In this document: positions 27,430-34,206 of the stretch, piece by piece | How the letters are laid out: the number at the start of each line of letters is the position of its first letter | Position numbering within the stretch: position 1 is the first letter of the stretch | DNA from: an uncultured archaeon | GTDB lineage: Archaea; Iainarchaeota; Iainarchaeia; Iainarchaeales; JAAZKV01 | Direction of reading: 5' to 3' | Length of the DNA: 36,862 nt | Assembly: GCA_964605745.1 (NCBI GenBank) | Contig: CAZSDT010000001.1 | Coordinates: 27,368 to 64,229 of the forward strand | Notes under the pieces: generated by a model | What the model was told of the DNA's origin: nothing | Database searches by the model: none | The model's input: the letters and a program-made list of their open reading frames with translations, nothing else | Position numbers and translations under genes: made by a program

Positions 27430-27936
27430 TTAAATTATTTTCCAATACAATACTCTATTTACATATTTTCCTTTATCAAAGTAATAGTCCTTTATTACCC
27501 CAATTTTTTCAAATCCATTCTTTTCCAATACCTTACAGCTTGCTAAATTTTCTGGTTCTGCAGTTGCTTCTACTGAGTGTAATTTTAATTTTGTTTTAAT
27601 AAATTTCAATCCTAATTTGCATGCACAAGTTGCATATCCTTTTCCCCAATATTCTTTTTTTATCCCGTACCCAATTGAACCTCTTTTATCTTTTTGCATT
27701 ATTTTGTAAATATCAAGTATTCCAATTTTTTCTTTTCCTTTTTCTATAATAAAATAGTAAGCAAAATTATTTTTTCTTTCTCGCACGTGTTTTCTAACTT
27801 CATTTTTAGCTTCATTAAAATTCTTTGGGGTTAATCTCTCAAGGTAATGCTTTTGGTATTCCTCATCCTGTGTGAGTTTAAAATAAAAGTCACTATCGGT
27901 TTCTTCAATATCACGTAATTTTATCTCTTCTTTCAT
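27430..27936 (-). CDS. GNAT N-acetyltransferase (RimJ/RimL-like)
   Basis: 'IGYGIKKEYWGKGYATCACKLGLKFI...EATAEPENLASCKVLEKNGFEKIG' matches acetyl-CoA-binding motif A/B. Confidence 0.88.
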   Translation of the reverse strand: MKEEIKLRDIEETDSDFYFKLTQDEEYQKHYLERLTPKNFNEAKNEVRKHVRERKNNFAYYFIIEKGKEKIGILDIYKIMQKDKRGSIGYGIKKEYWGKGYATCACKLGLKFIKTKLKLHSVEATAEPENLASCKVLEKNGFEKIGVIKDYYFDKGKYVNRVLYWKII

Positions 27937-28014
27937 AAGTAGATTAGCGTTGTGGAGTTTATTTAAACAAAATGGGTTTAATGTCCAGTTGGGTTTTTCA
28001 TTTAACTTTTTCCT

Positions 28015-28695
28015 TTAAGCAAAGTTTTGTTGGAAGATTTTAATTAAAGTTGGTTCAAAACATATTTTTTTAGTATAATCCAAAACAGTTTTATTTGAGT
28101 TAATTGTTTCTTCAATCATTTCTTTCTCCGTTTCATAAACTATTTTTTGCATTACTTCATTCAAAAAATAATTGTCCATGCGTGCTTCTATTATTTTGAC
28201 TTTCTCAATTCTGCATAAATCTTTTATTCGAACATAATATTCAGTATAGTTCCATTTTTTGCAGACAAAGTTTTTTTGTATCAGTCCCCAGTTGTGTTTT
28301 ACAAATTGTTTTAGTTTTTTTGTTTTGAAAAACAAAATTTCTCTATTTTCATTAATCAGCATAGTCCAATTTGATTTATTTAATAATTCTTTTTTTCTTA
28401 CTCTAATTTTTATAGTATCTTTGCCCAGTTCTCCAAAGCAAAATTTTTGATCAATTGAAATTCCTTTGTAGTAATAATCAATTCCAAATTCACTGTCTTC
28501 AACAGGATTCATTTCGCTTGGTAGGATTTGTAAAAGTTCTTCTCGCATTTTGTTTTGCTTAAAAAAATTAGGGTTTAGTTTTTGTTGATTATATTTAAAA
28601 AGATAAGATTTTTTGCGTGGTATTTTTTCAATTTCTTTTTCGTTAGGCAAAGGACAGGAGAAATTCAATCCAATTATTGGTTTCACCAATTGCAT
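28015..28695 (-). CDS. Uncharacterised protein, paralogue A (related to 32288-33034)
   Basis: The ~80-aa core 'ILPSEMNPVEDSEFGIDYYYKGISIDQKFCFGELGKDTIKIRVRKKELLNKSNWTMLINENREILFF' aligns with paralogue B. Confidence 0.75.
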   Translation of the reverse strand: MQLVKPIIGLNFSCPLPNEKEIEKIPRKKSYLFKYNQQKLNPNFFKQNKMREELLQILPSEMNPVEDSEFGIDYYYKGISIDQKFCFGELGKDTIKIRVRKKELLNKSNWTMLINENREILFFKTKKLKQFVKHNWGLIQKNFVCKKWNYTEYYVRIKDLCRIEKVKIIEARMDNYFLNEVMQKIVYETEKEMIEETINSNKTVLDYTKKICFEPTLIKIFQQNFA

Positions 28696-28724
28696 AGAAG
28701 TATTTTGTTGTTTATAATTATTTC

Positions 28725-28733
28725 TTTTGTTAT
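28725..28733. repeat. Target-site duplication, left copy (TTTTGTTAT)
   Basis: Identical 9-mer abutting the outer end of each terminal inverted repeat (second copy at 32274-32282). Confidence 0.85.
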
Positions 28734-28751
28734 GGGCTTGTTTAAAAAGTT
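28734..28751 (+). repeat. Terminal inverted repeat, left (GGGCTTGTTTAAAAAGTT)
   Basis: Perfect 18/18 match to the reverse complement of 32256-32273. Confidence 0.9.
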
Positions 28752-28892
28752 CTTAGAAAGGGCTTTTGTTTAGAAAGTAGGTTTTCCTCAAGTGGTCTTT
28801 TTCCGATAGCTTTAAAAGGAGTTATGAATACCTATTCATTATGTTTTGGATAAATGTTCAGAACTCAATAATTTGAAAAGGAGGCGAAAAAT

Positions 28893-29168
28893 ATGCCAAG
28901 AGGAGATAAAACAGGGCCAGCAGGAACTGGGCAAATGACTGGAAGAGGAATGGGGTACTGTGCAGGGTACAATACACCTGGATACATGAACCCTTGCTTT
29001 GGAAGAGGTTTTGGGCGAGGATTTGGGAGAAGAAGGTTTTGGACAACCCCTCAAGAAATGGTTCAAGCGTATAAAGAACCCACTGAAAAAGAACTTTTAA
29101 GTGAGTTAAAAGCTCAGAAAGCAGAAATAGATAAAGCTATTAAAGAGCTTGAACAAAAAAAGAAATAG
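28893..29168 (+). CDS. DUF5320-family protein
   Basis: 'MPRGDKTGPAGTGQMTGRGMGYCAG' N-terminus plus a C-terminal coiled coil 'ELLSELKAQKAEIDKAIKELEQ'. AAGGAGG Shine-Dalgarno. Confidence 0.85.
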   Translation: MPRGDKTGPAGTGQMTGRGMGYCAGYNTPGYMNPCFGRGFGRGFGRRRFWTTPQEMVQAYKEPTEKELLSELKAQKAEIDKAIKELEQKKK

Positions 29169-29180
29169 AAGGCGAGATAA

Positions 29181-29474
29181 TTGGTTCGACCAAGAATACC
29201 AAGAATAATTGACTTTGAACCTGGAACAACTTACTTCAAGCCTGCAGGAATTCCGTTAAGGGTGCTTGAAGAAGTTGTTCTTTCTTTTGAAGAAGGAGAA
29301 GCACTACGCCTAAAAGAAGTTGAAGGATTAGACCAAACAGAAGCCGCGAAAAAAATGCGAATATCCCAACCAACATTTTTTAGAATACTCTCAACAGCAA
29401 GAAAAAAAGTGGCTGAGGCAATAATTAATGGAAAAGCAATCAAAATAGAACGGGGGAATGTAAATTATGAATAA
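29181..29474 (+). CDS. DUF134 (UPF0251) predicted DNA-binding protein
   Basis: 'RPRIPRIIDFEPGTTYFKPAGIP', 'EEGEALRLKEVEGLDQTEAAKKMRISQPTFFRILSTARKKVAEAIINGKAIKI' (sigma-70 region-4-like HTH). TTG start. Confidence 0.85.
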   Translation: MVRPRIPRIIDFEPGTTYFKPAGIPLRVLEEVVLSFEEGEALRLKEVEGLDQTEAAKKMRISQPTFFRILSTARKKVAEAIINGKAIKIERGNVNYE

Positions 29475-30423
29475 ATTAAAAAAGAAGAAAAAATTTAGTC
29501 TAATTTTTGGTATCGGCATAATAATAGTTATTTTATTTTTAGCGGTGTTTTCATACAATCTTTACTTAAATAAACCGACACAACCACAAGGATTAATGAT
29601 TCTTATTGAATCAACAAGCAAACCAACAGGATTATTAGAAATGGTTAGCCAAATGAAAGAAAGAAACATTTCAGGACTTTTAATGGTCACTCCTGAGTTT
29701 GTTCAAGCAAATTGCGAAACTGTAAAAAAAGCTCTTGACACGGGAAATATAGAAATAGTTGCATCTAATGTCGGTGCTCCTTTTTGGGGTATTCCTTATG
29801 AAGAACAAAAATCCAGAATAATCCAGATGCTTGATGGAATAGAATCATGTACTAGAAAGAAACCAAGAATAATATCTTCCAGATATATGGCTTCAGACAT
29901 GAACACTGTAAAAGTAGCTGAAGAACTTGGGATACCTTATGTAACTGCAAGAGGAACAACTGGAACAAAAGCAACAGTTTACCAACCAGAGGGATACCAC
30001 GTAAAAATATTATCTGTTTCATTGATAGAATTAGTGCCTTTTGAATATGGGAGCCTTTGTGATTATTCTTTCTATGAAAGGGCTGGAACCCCAAAAGATA
30101 TGTTGGGGGAATTAAATAGGGCGTTAGAACCTTTAACTGATAAAGAAAAAGCCCGATTTGGGGAACACCAAAGAATAACTCCAACAACTCACACCCATAT
30201 TGGAGGATATCTAAAACAATGGAATGACATGTGGCTTAATTTCTGGGATTCCTCCCAAATTAAATGGGTGCCATTGGATGAATTTATGACAGAACCTGAT
30301 TGGGCCATTCCACTATGGCAAATCCCAATAAACCAGAATAATCCATATACTGTTGAAAAAATAAGGCCCTTGGTGCCCTATGAAGAAGAGGAAACTGTGG
30401 GCAACATTTGTGCTGTAAATTAG
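29467..30423 (+). CDS. N-terminally membrane-anchored protein; possibly a deacetylase/glycoside-hydrolase-like barrel
   Basis: Poly-Lys plus one TM helix, then a ~270-aa soluble domain. 8-nt overlap with the DUF134 gene. Only weak resemblance to polysaccharide deacetylases; the canonical NodB motifs were not seen. Confidence 0.6.
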   Translation: MNKLKKKKKFSLIFGIGIIIVILFLAVFSYNLYLNKPTQPQGLMILIESTSKPTGLLEMVSQMKERNISGLLMVTPEFVQANCETVKKALDTGNIEIVASNVGAPFWGIPYEEQKSRIIQMLDGIESCTRKKPRIISSRYMASDMNTVKVAEELGIPYVTARGTTGTKATVYQPEGYHVKILSVSLIELVPFEYGSLCDYSFYERAGTPKDMLGELNRALEPLTDKEKARFGEHQRITPTTHTHIGGYLKQWNDMWLNFWDSSQIKWVPLDEFMTEPDWAIPLWQIPINQNNPYTVEKIRPLVPYEEEETVGNICAVN

Positions 30424-30440
30424 GTTTTAGATTTTAGGGC

Positions 30441-30462
30441 ATGGCGACAATAAAATCGCCAT
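30441..30462. terminator. Hairpin between convergent genes inside the transposon
   Basis: atggcga(30441-30447)/tcgccat(30456-30462), 8-nt loop. A-rich/T-rich flanks on both strands. Confidence 0.45.
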
Positions 30463-30501
30463 ATTCCTACAAAAAACCCGAGTAAATATTTCAAGATTTT
30501 T

Positions 30502-30711
30502 TTACCAATCTTTTTTCTTTTTGGGGTGCCAGAATATTCTGTTGTTGCTTCGGTAGGCTGATAGTGTTCCTGTTTGTTTCATTTGGTTTAAGTATTTTTT
30601 TGCTGTTGGCCATGTCATGTGTGTTTTTGTAGCTATTCTTTTTGTGGATAGTGGCCTTCTTTGTGCTTGTAATAGGCGTTTGATTGCATGTTCGTAATCC
30701 TCTTTACTCAT
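30502..30711 (-). CDS. Small winged-helix DNA-binding protein
   Basis: 69 aa. 'RPLSTKRIATKTHMTWPTAKKYLNQMKQTGTLSAY' HTH plus wing. Confidence 0.6.
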   Translation of the reverse strand: MSKEDYEHAIKRLLQAQRRPLSTKRIATKTHMTWPTAKKYLNQMKQTGTLSAYRSNNRIFWHPKKKKDW

Positions 30712-30940
30712 TTTTTCTCACATACTCAATTGTTAATTCTGAATCCTCTATTGGCGTTGGTTTTTGAGCTATTTTCAAATGAAATTTTATCATATCGCCT
30801 TTTTTCATTTTTTTTATTTCAGATACTACTTTTGGAATTCTTATTAAAAATTGTTTTCCATCATAGGACATTGTCGCTATTTCTTCTTCTTTATCAAAGT
30901 CTTGTTCTGCTACTTTATTAACTATTTCTCTTTGAGTCAT
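30704..30940 (-). CDS. Small AbrB/SpoVT-like (swapped-hairpin) protein
   Basis: 78-aa sub-ORF starting at 'MTQREIV'. 'DGKQFLIRIPKVVSEIKKMKKGDMIKFHL' resembles the AbrB/MazE-type pattern. The longer track ORF (to 31402) runs antisense into the transposase gene and was rejected. Confidence 0.55.
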   Translation of the reverse strand: MTQREIVNKVAEQDFDKEEEIATMSYDGKQFLIRIPKVVSEIKKMKKGDMIKFHLKIAQKPTPIEDSELTIEYVRKNE

Positions 30941-31021
30941 ACGATAATCACTTTTATTAGTTATTTTAGTGTACGAACTTATATTTATAATTAACTTTAA
31001 AGCGTACGAAAAAAGCAAAGC

Positions 31022-31029
31022 TTTATAAA
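31022..31029 (+). promoter_or_regulatory. TATA box (CTTTATAAAT) for the transposase gene
   Basis: Same 10-mer as the eL15 promoter, 44-51 nt upstream of the GTG at 31073. A second box (atatttataa, 30981-30990) faces the AbrB-like gene. Confidence 0.45.
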
Positions 31030-31072
31030 TACTTTGCGAGTAGAATATAGTATATCGTACGATTGAGTGTAA

Positions 31073-32257
31073 GTGATTAAAGTGGAAGAAACCAAGTTTA
31101 TCTGTTTCCGTTGCGGAAGTGAAAAAATAGTTAAAAGAGGAAAGCAATTTAATACTAAAAAAACTACGTGGAAGCAACGCTGGTATTGCAATAATTGTGG
31201 TTTCAAGTTTGTGGATAAAAAACAGGTTTTGTGTGATTCCTATGAACCGCCAAAGTTTGAATACCAACCAAAGCCAATCGTTCCAACTGACTGGGCCAAC
31301 TATAATCAAGCACAGATAAATGAAAAAACCATGTTTTTGGATATTTTGAGTGGTGTGCTTGATTGTTTTGCTTTTGAGCAAGCAAAAACAAACGGTCGAC
31401 ATTTAATCAATACAAAAGATGTTTTGTTTGGAATGCTTATAAAAACTCATAATAAAAATTCTTCAAGAAGAACAATCTCTGACCTTAAACTAATGAAAGA
31501 ATTACATTATGCTGAACAAATACCTTGTTTTTCTACTTTGATGAATTATTTTAACAATTCGAGTTTTACACCAATTCTTGAGAAAATGGTTGAATTAACT
31601 GCTGTGCCGTTAAAAGGAGTTGAAATTGATTTTGCTTCTGATGCAACAGGGTTTTCCACTTCGCAGTTTGGTCGTTGGTTTGATGAGAAATGGGGCGAAG
31701 AAAAAGAAAAAAGAATCTACAGAAAACTACACGCAATGACAGGGGTTTACAGCAATGTAGTTACTCATTGTATAATTACTGAACAAGAAGGTAGGGGCAC
31801 AGCAGACACAACACAATATAAACCACTACTTTACAAAACAGCAATTAACTTCAAAATGAACGAAGTTAGCGCAGACATGGCTTACTCGTCAAGAGAGAAC
31901 CTTGAAGCAACTGTACAAGTGGGTGCTTTACCTTACATTCCTTTCAAATCAAATGTTACTGGTGGAAACAACGGGTTGGTTTGGAGAAAGATGTATTTGT
32001 ACTTCAAAGACAAACCACAAGAATTTTTTGAACATTATCATAAACGTTCTAATGTTGAAACAACTTTCTCAATGATAAAACAGAAATTTAGTGGCTTCTT
32101 GATGACAAAAACATTAATTGCAAACACAAACGAAATATTATGCAAAGTAATCGCACACAACATTTGTTGTTTAATCTCAGCTTATTACGAATTAGGATTA
32201 GAAAAGGCTTTTTGCACAAAAGCCCAAGAAACCAATAAAATTTCAATTTTAGTCTAA
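31073..32257 (+). CDS. DDE transposase, IS4/IS5 superfamily, with an N-terminal zinc ribbon
   Basis: 'CFRCG-x24-CNNCG' Zn ribbon. DDE candidates 'IDFASDATGFS', 'VSADMAYSS' and 'YHKRSNVETTFSMIKQKF' (Y-x2-R-x3-E-x6-K signature). GTG start. Confidence 0.88.
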   Translation: MIKVEETKFICFRCGSEKIVKRGKQFNTKKTTWKQRWYCNNCGFKFVDKKQVLCDSYEPPKFEYQPKPIVPTDWANYNQAQINEKTMFLDILSGVLDCFAFEQAKTNGRHLINTKDVLFGMLIKTHNKNSSRRTISDLKLMKELHYAEQIPCFSTLMNYFNNSSFTPILEKMVELTAVPLKGVEIDFASDATGFSTSQFGRWFDEKWGEEKEKRIYRKLHAMTGVYSNVVTHCIITEQEGRGTADTTQYKPLLYKTAINFKMNEVSADMAYSSRENLEATVQVGALPYIPFKSNVTGGNNGLVWRKMYLYFKDKPQEFFEHYHKRSNVETTFSMIKQKFSGFLMTKTLIANTNEILCKVIAHNICCLISAYYELGLEKAFCTKAQETNKISILV

Positions 32258-32273
32258 CTTTTTAAACAAGCCC
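32256..32273 (-). repeat. Terminal inverted repeat, right
   Basis: AACTTTTTAAACAAGCCC is the reverse complement of IR-L. Confidence 0.9.
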
Positions 32274-32282
32274 TTTTGTTAT
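32274..32282. repeat. Target-site duplication, right copy (TTTTGTTAT)
   Basis: Identical to 28725-28733. Confidence 0.85.
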
Positions 32283-32287
32283 TAATT

Positions 32288-33034
32288 TCATCTTCTTCTA
32301 GCTCTAATTCTATTTTTTAAAAAATTAGCTGTTCTTTTTTTTGCGTTTTGTAGTTTATTTTTTGGAATAAATCTTTTGTAAAAAATATTATTAAAATTTC
32401 CTGTTTTTGTTTTTGCAGTCGTGTTTTGTATTTGTACTTTATCTAAAATTCTTTCCATTCTTTCTTGTAACTTGGCAAGATCTCTTGTATGTAAATTGTG
32501 TCTATTTTTTGCTAATTGTTGAAGAGGAATTATTATACTTAATGGTTTAACTCCTTCTTTTGCATATAAATCACTTAACTTTATTCTTGCTGGTACAAAC
32601 AAAATATTTCCAGTTCTTTTGTCTCTTTTAAATTTTTGTTCAATAATTCTTTCTGCACTCTTAGGGTGTTTTTTTAAGTAATCCCTTATTTTTTGTGTTG
32701 GAAAAAAATCAATTCTGTCTTGGTGCATTACCATTGTATAATCTGATTTGTTAATGAGTTCGTTTTGGTTTAATCTCACTCTAATAGAATCTTTTCCGCC
32801 ATAATAAAATCCAAATTTTCTATCTATTTTAATGCCTCTAAAAATATAATCAATTCCTGTGTATTTGTCATTTACTGGTTTCATTGTATTTGGTAGTATA
32901 GAATCAACGAGGGTTAGTACTTTGTATTCCATTTGTTGTTCTGTTTGAATTGGTGCTTGTTGTGAGGTGTGGTTAATTGTTTTTTTTATTACTTTTTGAT
33001 GAAAACCTTGTTTTTGTTGTGACATAATTCTCAC
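32288..33034 (-). CDS. Uncharacterised protein, paralogue B, with a strongly basic C-terminus
   Basis: Core 'ILPNTMKPVNDKYTGIDYIFRGIKIDRKFGFYYGGKDSIRVRLNQNELINKSDYTMVMHQDRIDFF' aligns with paralogue A. 4-nt overlap with trpS. Confidence 0.75.
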   Translation of the reverse strand: MRIMSQQKQGFHQKVIKKTINHTSQQAPIQTEQQMEYKVLTLVDSILPNTMKPVNDKYTGIDYIFRGIKIDRKFGFYYGGKDSIRVRLNQNELINKSDYTMVMHQDRIDFFPTQKIRDYLKKHPKSAERIIEQKFKRDKRTGNILFVPARIKLSDLYAKEGVKPLSIIIPLQQLAKNRHNLHTRDLAKLQERMERILDKVQIQNTTAKTKTGNFNNIFYKRFIPKNKLQNAKKRTANFLKNRIRARRR

Positions 33035-34137
33035 TCAACAAATTTTACTTTTCCGTTTGCAATATTTTTCTTTGCTTTTAAAAAATTATTATTAAAATCT
33101 TCATAGAATTTTATTGCGTAAGGTACTCCATATTTTGCTTTGCATTCTCCGCAAAGGTTTTTTCCATTCACACATTCTTCAAACATTTCTTTTAATTTTT
33201 TATCATCCTTAATAAAGTGATTTTTGCAGTATTCATAAACAACGCATTTATTTATTTCTCCGCCTTTTGCTTTTTGTTCTTCCTTAGTTACTCTTCCGCC
33301 CGTAAGTGTTTTGTTTATTTTTTTTTCAAGTAATTTAAAATCTTTTTCAGGAATTTCTATTTTTGCATTATCTTCTCCGCTTTTGCTCATCTTAAATGAG
33401 CCATCTAGTGCGCTAGTATATTTATTGCATAATGCACTTGGCAAGAAAAATCCGTGTTCTGTTTTTAATCTTCTTGCAACATCTCTCACCATTCTAATGT
33501 GTGGTGCTTGATCTATTCCTACAGGAATTACTCCTGGCATTTTTTCTTCAAGTTGTGGATAAAGTATATCTCCCATTTGTGTAAATGCGCTCATTACTTT
33601 TGAAGGGTGGAGTGAACCATATATTGCTCTAAATTCATTTTCAGTTACTTTTTGCGAGCAAATAACTGCCAAGTTGCTCACTTTTTTGTTTTCACTTTGT
33701 AAATAAAAATTTGTTTTATCAATATCAAGTCCGAGTGCTAAGTAAGTAGGTATGTGAAAATCAAGTGCTCTTCTTTTTCCTTCTTCAATAGATATTCCTC
33801 TTGTTGCTTGTGATTCTACATCTGCAATTAACACATAAGTTTTTGCTTTGTGTTCTTGAAAGTATTTAATATTTTGAATTACCGTTTCTGTTCCTAAATG
33901 TATTTTTTCGCTTGAAGGCATTATTCCGCTTAGTACGTAAAATGGTTTTTTGTTTTCTATTGCAGTAGCAATTTGTTCTAAGTCTTGTCCTCCAAAATTT
34001 ATTCCTCTTCTCATTTGTAAATTGGGATTAGGAAAAATGCTAGCATCAAACTCTTTCATTCCAAATTCCTTAATCAATCTAGAATAATCCTCGATGAGTT
34101 CTTTTCCCCACGGGTCAATTGAAATTTTTTCAGTCAT
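33031..34137 (-). CDS. trpS: Tryptophanyl-tRNA synthetase (archaeal/eukaryotic type)
   Basis: HIGH-like 'SSEKIHLGT', 'GIDQAPHIRMVRDVARRL', 'FKMSKS'. C-terminal Cys cluster. Confidence 0.88.
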   Translation of the reverse strand: MTEKISIDPWGKELIEDYSRLIKEFGMKEFDASIFPNPNLQMRRGINFGGQDLEQIATAIENKKPFYVLSGIMPSSEKIHLGTETVIQNIKYFQEHKAKTYVLIADVESQATRGISIEEGKRRALDFHIPTYLALGLDIDKTNFYLQSENKKVSNLAVICSQKVTENEFRAIYGSLHPSKVMSAFTQMGDILYPQLEEKMPGVIPVGIDQAPHIRMVRDVARRLKTEHGFFLPSALCNKYTSALDGSFKMSKSGEDNAKIEIPEKDFKLLEKKINKTLTGGRVTKEEQKAKGGEINKCVVYEYCKNHFIKDDKKLKEMFEECVNGKNLCGECKAKYGVPYAIKFYEDFNNNFLKAKKNIANGKVKFVE

Positions 34138-34206
34138 TTTTTCACTTTCTTTAACATATTGTAGTTCCTTTGTGTTTTTAATTATTCTTGCAGGAGCTTG
34201 GACTGA

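Larger units (their letters stand above)
28734..32273. mobile_element. 3540-bp transposon: IS4/IS5-type DDE transposase plus five passenger genes, bounded by 18-bp perfect inverted repeats
   Basis: IR-L GGGCTTGTTTAAAAAGTT (28734-28751) equals the reverse complement of 32256-32273. A 9-bp direct repeat flanks both ends. The transposase stop codon overlaps IR-R. The passenger region is visibly more G+C-rich than its surroundings. Confidence 0.85.

Noticed and set aside
28839-29066. Two minus-strand ORFs (28839-29066, 28858-29046) opposite the DUF5320 gene.
   Set aside because: They are antisense to a gene with a very characteristic DUF5320 N-terminus. Their Ser/Pro-rich translations are artefacts of the G+C-rich coding strand.
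30941-31072. A transposase-proximal copy of the 18-bp IR, which would define a ~1.3-kb simple IS.
   Set aside because: No sequence resembling GGGCTTGTTTAAAAAGTT occurs between the AbrB-like gene and the transposase start. Only the 28734 and 32273 ends carry the IR and the TSD.
30941-31402. The N-terminal 154 codons of the track ORF 30704-31402 (232 aa).
   Set aside because: This part runs antisense through the transposase 5' region and its promoter, and has a hydrophobic junk-like translation. Only the C-terminal 78 codons (from the ATG at 30940) look like a real AbrB-like gene with its own upstream TATA-like box.
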